From: a bacterium
GTDB taxonomy: Bacteria; UBA8248
DNA: 64,000 nt
NCBI GenBank assembly: GCA_965199855.1
Contig: OZ241326.1
Location: 1,856,001 to 1,920,000 of the forward strand
Direction: 5' to 3'
In this document: piece after piece, positions 31,170 to 43,386 of the stretch
How the letters are laid out: each line of letters opens with the position of its first letter
How positions within the stretch are numbered: position 1 is the first letter of the stretch
The notes under the pieces: generated by a model
Database searches by the model: none
Seen by the model: the letters and a program-made list of their open reading frames with translations, nothing else
What the model was told of the DNA's origin: nothing
Translations under genes and position numbers: made by a program

Positions 31170-31439
31170 ATGGCGGAGCGGACGGTCGTCATCGCCAGCC
31201 CGATGGGGCTTCACGCCCGCGCGGCGGCCGCGTTCGTGCGGCTCGCCAGCAGGTTCGAGAGCGAGATTCTCGTTCGCTTCCGCGACATGGAGGTGGACGG
31301 CAAAAGCATCATGGGCGTCATGATGCTCGCGGCGACTCCCGGCTCGGAGCTTCTGATCGCCGCGAGCGGCGCGGATGAGGAGGCCGCGGTCGCCGAACTG
31401 GAGGCGCTCGTTCAGTCCGATTTCGGAGAGCGGAAATAG
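31170..31439 (+). CDS. ptsH: Phosphocarrier protein HPr
   Basis: GLHARAA (His15) and DGKSIMGVM (Ser46). Confidence 0.95.
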   Translation: MAERTVVIASPMGLHARAAAAFVRLASRFESEILVRFRDMEVDGKSIMGVMMLAATPGSELLIAASGADEEAAVAELEALVQSDFGERK

Positions 31440-31519
31440 CGCCCGGTCGAAAGCGCGCGGGGGGCGCGTTCCGACCGCTTCGCCGACGCGGCCGGGAGTT
31501 TTGCGAATTTCGACAAAAA

Positions 31520-31562
31520 CAGACAAATTGACGGCCTTTTCAGACAAATTGACGGCCTTTTC
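31520..31562. repeat. Perfect 21-bp tandem duplication
   Basis: CAGACAAATTGACGGCCTTTT at 31520-31540 and again at 31541-31561. Confidence 0.9.
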
Positions 31563-31684
31563 CCGTCCTTTTGCGACCTCTTTGACGCCCCTTTTCCTTC
31601 CCCGATTCGCCCGCCTTCTCTCCCCTCGCGGGCGCACCCCTCCCGCATCAGGAATATATCCCGACGGACGCCCGCCTGCGCGCC

Positions 31685-31713
31685 GCAAATGCGGGCAGAT
31701 GCGGGCAAATGCG
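31685..31713. repeat. Imperfect 10-bp tandem repeat, about 3 copies
   Basis: GCAAATGCGG-GCAGATGCGG-GCAAATGCG. Confidence 0.7.
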
Positions 31714-32139
31714 CGAGAGACTCATTTTGGCGGAGCGATTTTCAGGGGAAAATGACGCGATCCGCCCGCCCCGCGCGCCTCCCGGGGGCGCATCCATGTG
31801 TCCCGCCGGCCCCTCATCGCCTCTTTCGCCCGATGGATTCCTCACATCCGCCCGATTCGCAATCCCCTCCGCGTCATGGCCGACGCCGCAACGAAGGGGA
31901 GAGGCGAAAAGGGGCGCGCGTGAGCGGGATATGTCATTGCCATTGAAAACGCCATCGAATATATTGCCGGGCGCGCCCGCCTGATAATCCAGCAATGGCT
32001 GATTTCGCACAGCGCTTCCGCCGCAGGCTTCCTTCCCGGCGCGGGAAGTGATACAAGACGCCCGGAAAACGCGCACGGCTCTGGGCGGGGGCTTTGCTCG
32101 CTTCCACAGACGCCCCGCAATTCATGGGAGACGCATAAG

Positions 32140-33318
32140 ATGGGTTCCACGCACGGGCAGAATTACATTTTCACCTCCGAGTCCGTCTCGGAAGGACACC
32201 CCGACAAGATCGCAGACCAGATCAGCGATTCGGTTCTGGACGCCATATTCCGCGAGGACCCGCACGGGCGCGTCGCCTGCGAGACGCTCATCACGACGGG
32301 CATCGCGTTCGTGGCGGGCGAGATTACGACGACGGCGAACTATGACGCGAGAGAGATTGCGCGCGAGACGATACGGCAGGTCGGCTACGACGACGCGGCA
32401 TACGGCTTCGACTGCGACACGTGCTCGGTCGTCACGGCGATCGACAGGCAGTCTCCCAACATCTCCCAGGGGGTGACGGAGGGGGAGGGGTTTTTCCGCG
32501 AGCAGGGCGCGGGCGACCAGGGGATGATGTTCGGCTTCGCCTGCCGCGAATCGGACGAGTTGATGCCGCTGCCCATCATGCTGGCGCACAAGCTGGTTCG
32601 CAGAACCTCGGAAATGAGAAGGGAGGGCGTCTTGCCCTACCTGAGGCCCGACAGCAAAAGCCAGGTGTCCGTTCGCTATGAAGCCGGAAAGCCCGTGGAG
32701 ATCGACAACGTCGTCATCGCCGCCCAGCATTCCCCGGACGCGGACCTCGAGCGGATACGAGAGGACGTCATCCGCGAGGTGATACGCCCCGTCATCCCGG
32801 ACGCCATGACGACGCAGGCGACCGAATTCTACGTGAATCCGACAGGGCTTTTCGTCATCGGCGGCCCGATGGGCGACACGGGACTGACGGGCCGGAAAAT
32901 CATCGTGGATACCTATGGAGGATACAGCAGGCACGGGGGGGGCGCCTTTTCGGGAAAAGACCCCTCGAAGGTGGATCGCTCCGCCGCCTACATGGCGCGG
33001 TATATCGCCAAGAACATTGTCGCCGCCGGACTCGCGGACAAGGCGGAGGTCCAGCTCGCCTACGCCATCGGCGTGGCGGACCCCGTCTCCGTCCTGGTCG
33101 AGGATTTCGGGACGGGCCGCGCCGCGCCGGACGCCCTCGCGCGCGCCGTCCGGGAGGTGTTCGCCCTCAAGCCCAGGGAAATCATCGACCACCTCGAACT
33201 GCGCCGCCCCATATTCAGGAACACGGCGGCCTACGGGCATTTCGGCAGGGAGGAAGCCGAATTCACCTGGGAGAAGACGGACAGGACGGCTGATTTGAAA
33301 ACCGCCGTCGGCGCCTAG
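32140..33318 (+). CDS. metK: S-adenosylmethionine synthetase
   Basis: [42 protein letters not shown]. Confidence 0.98.
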   Translation: MGSTHGQNYIFTSESVSEGHPDKIADQISDSVLDAIFREDPHGRVACETLITTGIAFVAGEITTTANYDAREIARETIRQVGYDDAAYGFDCDTCSVVTAIDRQSPNISQGVTEGEGFFREQGAGDQGMMFGFACRESDELMPLPIMLAHKLVRRTSEMRREGVLPYLRPDSKSQVSVRYEAGKPVEIDNVVIAAQHSPDADLERIREDVIREVIRPVIPDAMTTQATEFYVNPTGLFVIGGPMGDTGLTGRKIIVDTYGGYSRHGGGAFSGKDPSKVDRSAAYMARYIAKNIVAAGLADKAEVQLAYAIGVADPVSVLVEDFGTGRAAPDALARAVREVFALKPREIIDHLELRRPIFRNTAAYGHFGREEAEFTWEKTDRTADLKTAVGA

Positions 33319-34626
<1,308 letters not shown>

Positions 34627-34669
34627 AACCGCCCGAAACGGACGCGCCGCCCGCCGTGGAGAAGTTTCG

Positions 34670-35989
34670 GTGGCAGAAAACCCGTTCACTCCCTCGCGCG
34701 GCGAGAAAAAGAAAAAACCGCCAGCCGCGAGTTTCTGGCTCATCCCCCTTGTTTTCCTCGTCTGCTGGGCGGGCGGCGAGCCCGCCGCGCTTGGCGCGCC
34801 GGGCGCAAGCGTTCTCGGGGTGCGGCAATTCTCCACCGCGGGCTACGCGCGGATAGTCCTGATACTGGATCGCGAGACGTTCGACTTCACGTCGGGCGTC
34901 TTGAAGAGGCCCACGCGCATTTTCGTGGACATTCCGCGCGGGCGCGTCGGACGGAGCGTCCGGCTCCCGAAATTTCCGACAGGGCGAAGCGTCGTTTCCC
35001 GGCTCCGGTTTGGCAGGCCGGAGAAGAACAATCTGCGCCTCGTGCTCGACATCCCCCCGAAGCATGATTTCAGACACCGCATTTTCACCCTCCCGAACCC
35101 TCAGCGCATCGTGATTGACGTGCGGGCGAAAAGCGGCCTCGCCTCGAAATCTCCGACAAGGAGAGGAGCTGCCGCACCCTCGAAAGCGGGAAAATCCGCC
35201 CGCGCGCGAAGGCCGCCTCCCCGCGAGAGACCTGCGGAAAAGCTGGATCGCCGCGAGATGACCCTGGCCCAAAGATTCCGCCGCGGCCTCGGAAGAATCG
35301 TCCTCGACCCGGGACACGGCGGCAAGGACCCGGGAGCGTCCGGCCTGTATGGGCTGAAAGAAAAGGACGTCGCCCTGGACATCGCGTTTCGGACGAGGCG
35401 AATCCTGCGGCGGGTCTTGCCCGGGAACCGGATTTATCTCACCAGAACCACCGACAGGTATGTTTCTCTCTCGCGCAGAACCTCGTTCGCCAACGAGCAT
35501 GACGCGGATCTGTTCGTGTCGATTCATGCGAACAGCGCGCATTCGCGCCGCGCTCACGGAGTGGAAACCTATCTTTTGAGCGAGGCGTCATCGAAGCGGG
35601 CGCTGGCGCTGGCGGCCAGAGAGAGCAAGACGACGGTGGCGCGCATGACCGCCTTGCAGAAGATACTGCATGATCTGGGGCTGAGGTCCAAAGTCACGGA
35701 GTCGCGGGCGCTGGCGCGGCGGGTTCAGGAAGCGATGCTCTCGCGTCTGAGGCCGGGCTATCGGGGCGTCCGGGATTTGGGCGTGAAGCGGGGGCCGTTC
35801 TACGTGCTCATCGGCGCCCGGATGCCGAGCATCCTGATCGAGGTCGCCTTCATCTCGAACCGACGGGAAGCGCGCCGGGTGAAGCGTCCGGCGTATCGCC
35901 AGGCGCTTGCGGAAGGGATTGCGAAAGGTATGATGCGGTTCGTGGGCGTCGGCTACCGAAAAGCCGAAGTCCGCGCCCCGGCTCGCTGA
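34670..35989 (+). CDS. N-acetylmuramoyl-L-alanine amidase (AMIN + Amidase_3; AmiC-like)
   Basis: AMIN-like P.RI..D repeats, LDPGHGGKDPG, EKD, SIHAN, LIEVAFISN. Confidence 0.9.
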   Translation: MAENPFTPSRGEKKKKPPAASFWLIPLVFLVCWAGGEPAALGAPGASVLGVRQFSTAGYARIVLILDRETFDFTSGVLKRPTRIFVDIPRGRVGRSVRLPKFPTGRSVVSRLRFGRPEKNNLRLVLDIPPKHDFRHRIFTLPNPQRIVIDVRAKSGLASKSPTRRGAAAPSKAGKSARARRPPPRERPAEKLDRREMTLAQRFRRGLGRIVLDPGHGGKDPGASGLYGLKEKDVALDIAFRTRRILRRVLPGNRIYLTRTTDRYVSLSRRTSFANEHDADLFVSIHANSAHSRRAHGVETYLLSEASSKRALALAARESKTTVARMTALQKILHDLGLRSKVTESRALARRVQEAMLSRLRPGYRGVRDLGVKRGPFYVLIGARMPSILIEVAFISNRREARRVKRPAYRQALAEGIAKGMMRFVGVGYRKAEVRAPAR

Positions 35990-36022
35990 AGCGCCTCTTC
36001 CTCGTCTCCGGAAGCATATCCC

Positions 36023-37390
36023 ATGGCTTCTCCCGTATTCGTCATCGTGGGCCGGCCGAACGTGGGCAAATCCACGTTCTTCAACCGCCTCATCGGAAGA
36101 AGGGCCGCCATCGTGCAGCCGGAGCCCGGTGTGACGCGCGACAGGCGCTACGGCGCGGGAGAATGGGCGGGCCGGAAATTTCTCGCCGTGGATACGGGCG
36201 GCATCGCGGCGGAGGAGGCAGACCCGTTCCTGCCGAAAATTCAGGAGCAGACGGCTGCCGCCATCGAGGAAAGCGACGTCGCGCTGTTTCTCGTTGACGG
36301 ATTGGAGGGTCTCCTGCCCGGAGATCATGAAATCGCGCAAATGCTTCGCGTCTCGCAAAAGCCGGCCCTGCTCCTCGTGAACAAATCGGACGCCAAACGC
36401 GCGAGAGAGGCGGGGGGGGATTTCTACCGCCTGGGTTTCGGCGAGGTTTGGCCCGTCTCGGCGGAGCATGGCGCGGGCGTGTCCGCCGTGATGGACGAAG
36501 CGATGCGCATCGCCTCGGATGAAGCCGGGGGCGAGGAGGAGGGGGATGCGGAGGAGCGGCGCGTCGCCGTCGTGGGACGTCCCAACGTGGGCAAATCCTC
36601 CTTCGTGAATCGAATTCTGGGAAGCGAGCGAACTTTGGTGAGCCCCGTGCCGGGGACGACGCGGGACCCGGTGGATTCCCTCTGTCAGCGGGAGGGAAAA
36701 TCCTATCGCCTCGTGGATACGGCCGGCATCAGAAGGCGAGGGAAAATCGGCCGGCGGCAGGCGGAGGCGATGAGCATGATCATGGCGTATCGCAGCATCG
36801 AGCGCGCCCAGGTGGTTTTGCTCCTCCTCGACGCGACCGAAGGCCCCAGGGCGATGGACGCGCAAATAGCCCGCCACATCAGGGAATCGGGCCGAGCCTG
36901 CGCGATTTTGCTGAACAAATGGGATCTCCTGGCGAAGGAGGGCAGGACGTTTGACGAGAAAGCGCGGGAGATCAGGGAAAAACTGGCGCACGTCCATTTC
37001 GCTCCGCTCCTCTCCGTATCCGCTCTGACCGGACAAAGGTGCGAGCGCGTTTTCAGGGTGGTGGACAAGGCGCATTCGTCTCATCTCAGGCGCGTCCCGA
37101 CGGGGCAGCTGAACCGGGCGATAGCCGAGATCGTCCAGGCGCACCCGCCGCCCGTCTCGCCGGAAGGCCGTCGTCCGAAGGTGTATTACGCCACGCAAAG
37201 CTCCGTTTCCCCTCCCTACTTCGTCCTCTTCACGAGCCTTGCCAGCCGCATTCCCGCCGAGCAATACGGGAGATACGTGGAGAACAGGCTGAGAGAGCGT
37301 TTTGATTTCGAGGGAACGCCGCTGCGCGTCGGCTTTCGCCAGCGAGGCCGGAGCAACCCTTCGGGAAAAAGAGGGAAATCAGGGCGATAA
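36023..37390 (+). CDS. der: Ribosome biogenesis GTPase Der
   Basis: Two GRPNVGKS P-loops, TRD, DTGG and DTAG, NKSD and NKWD. Confidence 0.97.
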   Translation: MASPVFVIVGRPNVGKSTFFNRLIGRRAAIVQPEPGVTRDRRYGAGEWAGRKFLAVDTGGIAAEEADPFLPKIQEQTAAAIEESDVALFLVDGLEGLLPGDHEIAQMLRVSQKPALLLVNKSDAKRAREAGGDFYRLGFGEVWPVSAEHGAGVSAVMDEAMRIASDEAGGEEEGDAEERRVAVVGRPNVGKSSFVNRILGSERTLVSPVPGTTRDPVDSLCQREGKSYRLVDTAGIRRRGKIGRRQAEAMSMIMAYRSIERAQVVLLLLDATEGPRAMDAQIARHIRESGRACAILLNKWDLLAKEGRTFDEKAREIREKLAHVHFAPLLSVSALTGQRCERVFRVVDKAHSSHLRRVPTGQLNRAIAEIVQAHPPPVSPEGRRPKVYYATQSSVSPPYFVLFTSLASRIPAEQYGRYVENRLRERFDFEGTPLRVGFRQRGRSNPSGKRGKSGR

Positions 37391-37479
37391 CTTCAAGCAT
37401 TTTCGAGGGTTTCGAGCGAACAGTCGCGTTCATACCTCATGCCGCGCTTTAATAATATCTCTACAAGTGCTCATTTTTA

Positions 37480-37508
37480 TTGACAAAATATATTTTAGAC
37501 CCCATTAT
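37480..37508 (+). promoter_or_regulatory. Candidate sigma70 promoter upstream of the EF-G paralog
   Basis: TTGACA (37480-37485), 17-bp spacer, CATTAT (37503-37508), in a conspicuously AT-rich patch. Confidence 0.55.
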
Positions 37509-37600
37509 GTCTGTATAACTGTCCTTCGCATTCATCAGGGAGTCGGCGGCGAGAGCCTTTCGGGAGGTTGCGTCGCCGGGAACCGATAACAGAGGAGTTG

Positions 37601-39694
37601 ATGCGCATGGCGGCGCACGAAACTGAAAATATCCGCAACGTCGCTTTTGTAGGCGAAGGAGGAAACGGCAAGACGTCTCTCGTGGAGGCCTGCCTCTTCA
37701 CCGCGGGAAGCACGGACAGGCAGGGGAAGGTCGATGCGGGCAACACCATACTCGACTCCGAGCCGGAGGAAGTGAAGAGAAACTCCTCTATTCTGGGAGC
37801 GGTGGCGTACGCCGACTGGAACAGGCATCGCATCAACCTCCTGGATACGCCCGGGTCTTCAAATTTCATATCAGACACCCTCGCCGCCATTCGCGCGTGC
37901 GACAACGCCGTCATCGTCCTGAACTCCCACTCGGAGCCGAAAGTGGTTACCGAAAAAGTCCTGGCCTGGGCGGAGGAAGAGGGGCTGTGCCCGTTCCTGT
38001 ATCTCAACGGGATGGATCATGAACAAGCCGATTTGAGCCGCGCGATGGAGTATGCGGGAAAAACAATCGACAAGCGGCTCGTGGTTCTGCAACTGCCCGT
38101 GAACCCCGGCGCCGGCTTCAGCGGCGTGGTCGATCTCGTTACGGGCAAAGCCTACGCCTATGAGCCGGAGGGGAGCGGCAAGGGCGCGGAGATCGAGATT
38201 CCGGCGGAGCTCGCCGAAGCCTTTGAGGAGCGCCGCGGACACCTCATCGAGTTCGCGGCGGAGGCGAGCGAGGAGGCGCTCGAAAAATACCTGGAGGGCG
38301 AGGAGCTCTCGCCGGAGGAGATCATCCAGGGACTGCGTCAGGGCATCCAGGAGCGCTCCTTCCTGCCGGTTTTCTGCGGATGCGGTATCAGGAACGTCGG
38401 CACGGACCTGCTGCTCGATGCGATTCAGCAATTCGGCGTCTCGCCCCCGGCGCATGAATTCAAGGCGAAGACCGAAGCCGGGGAGGAGGTGAGCGTCAAG
38501 GCGGATGCGGATGAGCCTTTCCGCGCCCTGGTGTTCAAGACGGTCGTGGACGCCTTCGCGGGCAAGCTCAATTATTTCCGCGTGGTCTCGGGCGAGATTT
38601 CCTCCGACGCCGGCGTTCTCAACACCACGCAGTCGGAAAAGGAAAGGATAGGCTCTCTCCTCTTCATTCAGGGGAAGGGGCAGTCTCCGGTCTCGGACAA
38701 ACTCGTGCCGGGAGATATCGCCGCGCTCGCCAAGCTGAAAATCACCCGAACGGGGGATACGCTCTGCGATGAGGCAGGCGCGGTCGTGTTCGACCCCATC
38801 AGGTTTCCCTCGCCCGTCATTTCCTACGCCGTGGCGCCGAAGAGCAAGGGGGATGAGGAGAAGCTCAGCACGGCGCTCGCGCGTCTGCGCGAGGAGGACC
38901 CCGCGCTCACCGTCAGCCGCGACGCCCAGACGAAAGAGATGCTTCTCTCCGGGCTCGGCGTTTTGCACATCGAGGTGATAGTCGAGCGCATCAAGCGCAA
39001 ATACGGCGTGGAAGTGGAGATGAGAACCCCGCGCGTGCCCTACAAGGAAACGATCAAGGGCAGGACCAAGGCGCAGGGCCGCTACAAGAAGCAAACGGGC
39101 GGGCGAGGGCAGTTCGGAGACGCCTGGATCGAGATCGAGCCCTTGCCGCGCGGGGGCGGGTTCGAGTTCGTGGACAAGATTGTGGGCGGAGCGATTCCCA
39201 AAACGTTCATTCCGGCCGTGGAGAAGGGAATCGTCGAGGCGATGGGAGCCGGCACCCTGGCGGGCTACCCGGTGACGGACCTGAGAATCACCCTTTACGA
39301 CGGCAGTTTCCACAATGTCGACAGCTCCGAGATGGCGTTCAAGATAGCCGGATCGCTCGGCTTCAAAAAGGGCGTGCAGGAATGCAGGCCGACCCTCCTG
39401 GAGCCCATCATGAACATGAGTATCGTCGTTCCGGAAGAGTATATGGGCGACATCATCGGGGATATGAATTCGCGCCGGGGCAGGGTGCTGGGCATGGACC
39501 CGGGCGCCGGCGGCAAGCAGGTCATCAAATCCCAGGTTCCCATGGCGGAAGTGCTGAACTATGCGCCCGCGCTGCGCTCTCTCACTGCGGATCGAGGCGA
39601 TTTTTCCATCGAGTTTTCGCATTACGAAGAAGTGCCGGCTCCGGTTTCCGAAAAAATCATCTCCGAAGCGGCGCTCGCCAATGAAAGCGAATAG
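37601..39694 (+). CDS. fusA: Elongation factor G paralog (EF-G2 type)
   Basis: IRNVA, LDTPG, KKQTGGRGQFG, DGSFHNVDSSEMAF, LLEPIM. Not in a ribosomal protein operon, and G motifs are divergent. Confidence 0.9.
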   Translation: MRMAAHETENIRNVAFVGEGGNGKTSLVEACLFTAGSTDRQGKVDAGNTILDSEPEEVKRNSSILGAVAYADWNRHRINLLDTPGSSNFISDTLAAIRACDNAVIVLNSHSEPKVVTEKVLAWAEEEGLCPFLYLNGMDHEQADLSRAMEYAGKTIDKRLVVLQLPVNPGAGFSGVVDLVTGKAYAYEPEGSGKGAEIEIPAELAEAFEERRGHLIEFAAEASEEALEKYLEGEELSPEEIIQGLRQGIQERSFLPVFCGCGIRNVGTDLLLDAIQQFGVSPPAHEFKAKTEAGEEVSVKADADEPFRALVFKTVVDAFAGKLNYFRVVSGEISSDAGVLNTTQSEKERIGSLLFIQGKGQSPVSDKLVPGDIAALAKLKITRTGDTLCDEAGAVVFDPIRFPSPVISYAVAPKSKGDEEKLSTALARLREEDPALTVSRDAQTKEMLLSGLGVLHIEVIVERIKRKYGVEVEMRTPRVPYKETIKGRTKAQGRYKKQTGGRGQFGDAWIEIEPLPRGGGFEFVDKIVGGAIPKTFIPAVEKGIVEAMGAGTLAGYPVTDLRITLYDGSFHNVDSSEMAFKIAGSLGFKKGVQECRPTLLEPIMNMSIVVPEEYMGDIIGDMNSRRGRVLGMDPGAGGKQVIKSQVPMAEVLNYAPALRSLTADRGDFSIEFSHYEEVPAPVSEKIISEAALANESE

Positions 39695-39720
39695 GCTTCA
39701 CGCGCGGAGGAATCCAGGCC

Positions 39721-40722
39721 ATGGCGAGAAAACGGGTGAACCTCCTCGAAGGCGAGGATGACGATCCCATGGACGGCGGCTACGACAGAAGGCATGAGCG
39801 GCGCGGCGGCGGCTTCGTCGACGCCCTGATGGTCATCCTGTTCGTGTTCGTCATGCTGGGGGGCGTGGGGTGGGCGGGATATCAATTCTGGTGGCTCCCG
39901 AAACTCGAGAAAGAAAAGAAAATCAGGCAGGCGCAGGCGAAGCAGCAGGAGCAGACGAGAACACGCCTGGCGAGGCTCAGAAGCGAGGCCGAGCTCAAGA
40001 AGCAGGCGCTCATGATTCTTGAGCAGGTGAGAAAGGAGCAGGCACAAAAAAGCCCGGGCGCCGCGCCGCCAAACGTGAAGCCGAAGGACGGCGCGACAGT
40101 CGCCGGCGAGAAAACGGAGGCGAGAAAAGGGACGCGAAGGCGTCCGGGCGCCGCCGGGAGCGGGATCGCCGAGAAACGGCGCGCGAGAAGCGGGGGTTCG
40201 GTGAGGACGGCCTCTCGCGGCGGGGCGTCCCGGAGAGGCTTCTCCTACAGCGTTCAGGTAGCTTCCTGCCGCAGCAATTCCTGCGCGAACGCATTTCTCA
40301 GACGCTTGAAGAGCAAGAGATTCCCGGCGTTCAAGACGACGAGGCGCGTCCGGGGGAGGAGCGGCGCCGGCCAGACGACGGAAGTGCGCCTCGGGTCGTT
40401 CCCGCTTCTCGCCGACGCGCAGGCGCTGGCCGACAAGGCGAGACGGGGGAAGATATCGGTCAGGGTCTATAAGCGCCGGAATCGCTGGCGGGTGGCGGCG
40501 GGAAATTTCAGGGATTTGGAGGAGGCCGCCATTCTGCTGGATCGCTTTGAGGACGCCGGCCTTCGCGGCGAACTGGCCCCGGCCCCCCGGCCCCGCGCCG
40601 GGGCGAAGCGGCTCTACGCCATACGAACGGGCAGATTCGGGAGCTTTCGAGAGGCGTCGGCGTTCAGGCGAAGAGTCCTCCGCGCCGGATTTTCCAATGC
40701 CGTCATCGTTCGCCAAAACTGA
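39721..40722 (+). CDS. Membrane-anchored SPOR-domain protein
   Basis: One TM helix, coiled coil, YSVQVAS, and repeated V..G.F SPOR-like segments. Confidence 0.7.
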   Translation: MARKRVNLLEGEDDDPMDGGYDRRHERRGGGFVDALMVILFVFVMLGGVGWAGYQFWWLPKLEKEKKIRQAQAKQQEQTRTRLARLRSEAELKKQALMILEQVRKEQAQKSPGAAPPNVKPKDGATVAGEKTEARKGTRRRPGAAGSGIAEKRRARSGGSVRTASRGGASRRGFSYSVQVASCRSNSCANAFLRRLKSKRFPAFKTTRRVRGRSGAGQTTEVRLGSFPLLADAQALADKARRGKISVRVYKRRNRWRVAAGNFRDLEEAAILLDRFEDAGLRGELAPAPRPRAGAKRLYAIRTGRFGSFREASAFRRRVLRAGFSNAVIVRQN

Positions 40723-40741
40723 AAGAACGGGAAGCCGAGTG

Positions 40742-41155
40742 ATGGCTCAAGCCGCCCAGGATCATCAGATACCCGACAAGCTGTTCTTCAAGATCGGGGA
40801 AGTGGCCGAATTGACGGGGACGAAGCCTCACGTGCTTCGCTACTGGGAGAGCGAGTTTCACATACTCCGTCCGGCGAAGGGCGATTCGGGACAGCGCACA
40901 TACCGCAGAAAAGACGTGGAAATCGTTTTTCTGATCAAGCAGCTGCTGTATGAAGAGAATTTCACCATCGCCGGCGCGAAGAAGCAGCTGCAAAAGCAAA
41001 GGGCGGCGAAATCCGCGGGAAAGACGAAAAAGACCGCCAGGCTCCAGGCCGTCCCTCCGCCGCCGCCCGAAAGCGAAGGCAAGGAAAGCATCGATCTCGC
41101 GTGGCTTCAGCGAGAGTTGAGGGAAATACTCGAAATTCTCACCAAAAGCCGCTGA
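40742..41155 (+). CDS. MerR-family transcriptional regulator
   Basis: [13 protein letters not shown]....[10 protein letters not shown]...GQR.Y...LLY..FTIAGA. Confidence 0.9.
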   Translation: MAQAAQDHQIPDKLFFKIGEVAELTGTKPHVLRYWESEFHILRPAKGDSGQRTYRRKDVEIVFLIKQLLYEENFTIAGAKKQLQKQRAAKSAGKTKKTARLQAVPPPPPESEGKESIDLAWLQRELREILEILTKSR

Positions 41156-41367
41156 AATCAGCCTTTAATTGTCGGCTGGCGCGGCTAAAAATCCGCCCTG
41201 ATGCGCCTTTTTTCCATGCGGCTCGCCATATCCGCCTCACAAGTCGAGATATGCTTTTCTGAATGCCCCCAGGTGGGAGCGAGACTTGGGGAGAGTGATT
41301 GACGGGTGCGAAGCGTTGCGCTTATCGTGCCGCCTTGATGAACCGCAACAGGCGGCGATTTCCATGA

Positions 41368-42051
41368 ATGAAAGATGGTGAGATGGCCAGAACTTTTCGG
41401 AAGGAAATCCGGCGGCCGGACGCGCTGCAGACCTACGGAAGGCGGGCGCTTCTTTGGGTCGTGGAAAATCGAAGGGTTTTCTACGTCGGCCTAGCCTGCA
41501 TCATCCTGGCGGCGGCTCTTTTTACGGGATACCGCATGTGGGATGAGCGGGCGCGGGCGAAGGCGTCTCTGGCGTATGGTCTGGCGCGAACGGCGTCTCC
41601 GGACGGCAAGGGCGAAGCCGTGGAGGGGGCGCTTCAAAAGGTGGCCGCCGACTATCCGCGCTCAAGACCAGGGCTTCTGGCGCGCCTGCGTCTGGCGGCC
41701 TTGCTGCGCGAGAGGAAGGAATACCGGGGCGCGCGGGCGCAGTATGATCTCGTGGCGAGGAGCGGCGCATCGCTTGCGAGCGACAAGGAGCTGGCCAAGC
41801 GCGGGCTGGCCTCCGTCCTGATGCTGGAGGGCGCCTGCGCCGACGCCATCGCGCTCTGGAAATCGATTCTGGCGAAAGGGAGCCTCTTCGCGCCTGAGGA
41901 TCTCTATCTCTCCATCGCCGCTTGCCAGGAGACGCTCGGCAAGCCGGACGACGCGAGGAACACGTATGAGGAATTGAGCAGAAAGCATCCCGAAAGTCCA
42001 TTCCTGAGCGAGCGAATCCGCTCGAAGCTGGGCGCGAGCGCCTTGAAATGA
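41368..42051 (+). CDS. Membrane-anchored TPR protein (YfgM-like)
   Basis: RKEIRRPD N-terminus, one TM helix, TPR-like helices (DYP.S, A.L.LA, YEEL...HPES). Confidence 0.7.
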   Translation: MKDGEMARTFRKEIRRPDALQTYGRRALLWVVENRRVFYVGLACIILAAALFTGYRMWDERARAKASLAYGLARTASPDGKGEAVEGALQKVAADYPRSRPGLLARLRLAALLRERKEYRGARAQYDLVARSGASLASDKELAKRGLASVLMLEGACADAIALWKSILAKGSLFAPEDLYLSIAACQETLGKPDDARNTYEELSRKHPESPFLSERIRSKLGASALK

Positions 42052-42164
42052 GGCGCGCCCTGAACAACGCCCGTTCTTTCGATAAGATATATTATGTAAA
42101 ATAATATATCCGCGCGTTTCACATCCACTTTCGGGCGCTTCCTCCCCGCTTGGCTAATCAGTTT

Positions 42165-43244
42165 TCACCCATGACGGGAGCTGTCCCGATCGAGAACCGG
42201 GTCGGCATGACCCTCGATGTCGATTTCAAACCCCGCGTCTCGGATCATTCGATGCGCCGCGCCCGACTCCTGACCGGGCGTGGTGAGGTAGCCGTCCACG
42301 AAAATGGAGTTGGCCGGAAACAGCGCGAGGGGCTGCAATTCCCTCAACTGGACTTCCCGTCCCCCGGCGACCCGAATTTCCGAGCGAGGATTGTAGAAGC
42401 GCATCAGGCACAGCAGCCTGAGGCAGGCGATCGGGCCGAGCAGAGGTTTGCCGCCGAATGGCGTGCCGCCGATGGGGTTGAGGAAGTTCACCGGTATGGA
42501 TTCGGGGCCAAGCGCGCTCAGCGCCTCGCAAACGTCTATCACGTCCTCGCCGCTCTCCCCCTGTCCGAAAATCACGCCGGAGCAGAGTTCGAGGCCGGCC
42601 CCTCGCGCCGCGCCCAGGGTATCCATGCGGTCGTCATAGGTGTGCGTGGCGCAGATTTCGGGATAATAGCGCGCGCTCGTATTGAGGTTGTGGTTGAAGC
42701 GGCTCACGCCCGCCTCGCGGAGCCTCTCGGCCTGAGAAGCCGCGAGCAGGCCGAGAGAACAGCATACGGAAAGGCGATGCCGCTCCCTGATTTTCGAGAC
42801 GGCGCGGCAGATCTTTTCGATTTCCTCGTCGGATGGCCCCCTCGCGCTGATGACGATGCAGTAGCGCCTCGCCCCGGCCGTCCGGGCCCGCGCCGCTCCC
42901 GCGAGAAGTTGCTCCTCGTCCACCAGGTCATGCCTGTCGATCCGGGCTTCGGATACGGCGGACTGGGAGCAATACCCGCAATCCTCCGGACAAATGCCGC
43001 TTTTGGCGTTGATAAGGTAGTGAATCTGCACTTTCTTGCCGAAATAGGCGCGCCGCACCTGAAAAGCGGCGTCAAGCAACTGAAGTATCTCCTCGTTCGG
43101 CGCGTGAATGACGCGGAGCGCCTCCTCGCGCCCCGGTCGCTCATCCTCAAGGGCGCGACGCGCCAGTTCCCGGTAATCCAAAAAGCCTCTCCTTTCCGCA
43201 AGCGTCCGGCCTCGAAACTTAACGCGCCTCCCCTCCTTTGGCAA
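42165..43244 (-). CDS. bioB: Biotin synthase
   Basis: NAKSGICPEDCGYCSQS radical-SAM motif, NHNLNT, CSGVIFG, SIPVNFL, AGGRE. Confidence 0.95.
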   Translation of the reverse strand: MPKEGRRVKFRGRTLAERRGFLDYRELARRALEDERPGREEALRVIHAPNEEILQLLDAAFQVRRAYFGKKVQIHYLINAKSGICPEDCGYCSQSAVSEARIDRHDLVDEEQLLAGAARARTAGARRYCIVISARGPSDEEIEKICRAVSKIRERHRLSVCCSLGLLAASQAERLREAGVSRFNHNLNTSARYYPEICATHTYDDRMDTLGAARGAGLELCSGVIFGQGESGEDVIDVCEALSALGPESIPVNFLNPIGGTPFGGKPLLGPIACLRLLCLMRFYNPRSEIRVAGGREVQLRELQPLALFPANSIFVDGYLTTPGQESGAAHRMIRDAGFEIDIEGHADPVLDRDSSRHG

Positions 43245-43386
43245 ACGGAACGGCGCGCGCCGATGAAAGGAGGCGAGGCTTCCCTTGTTTCACGCACCCG
43301 CCTGGCTTATGATGAATCTGCTTTTTCATAACTTGAAGTTGTTTATGAACATGCGAGATTATTTATATTGTATTTCAGTAGGATAA

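Noticed and set aside
42105-42128. Partial likeness (TATATC-CGCGC...ACATCCAC) to the distal repeat end plus 28-bp spacer, as a self-target
   Set aside because: It needs a gap and several mismatches, and the longest exact run is about 8 nt, which is expected by chance.
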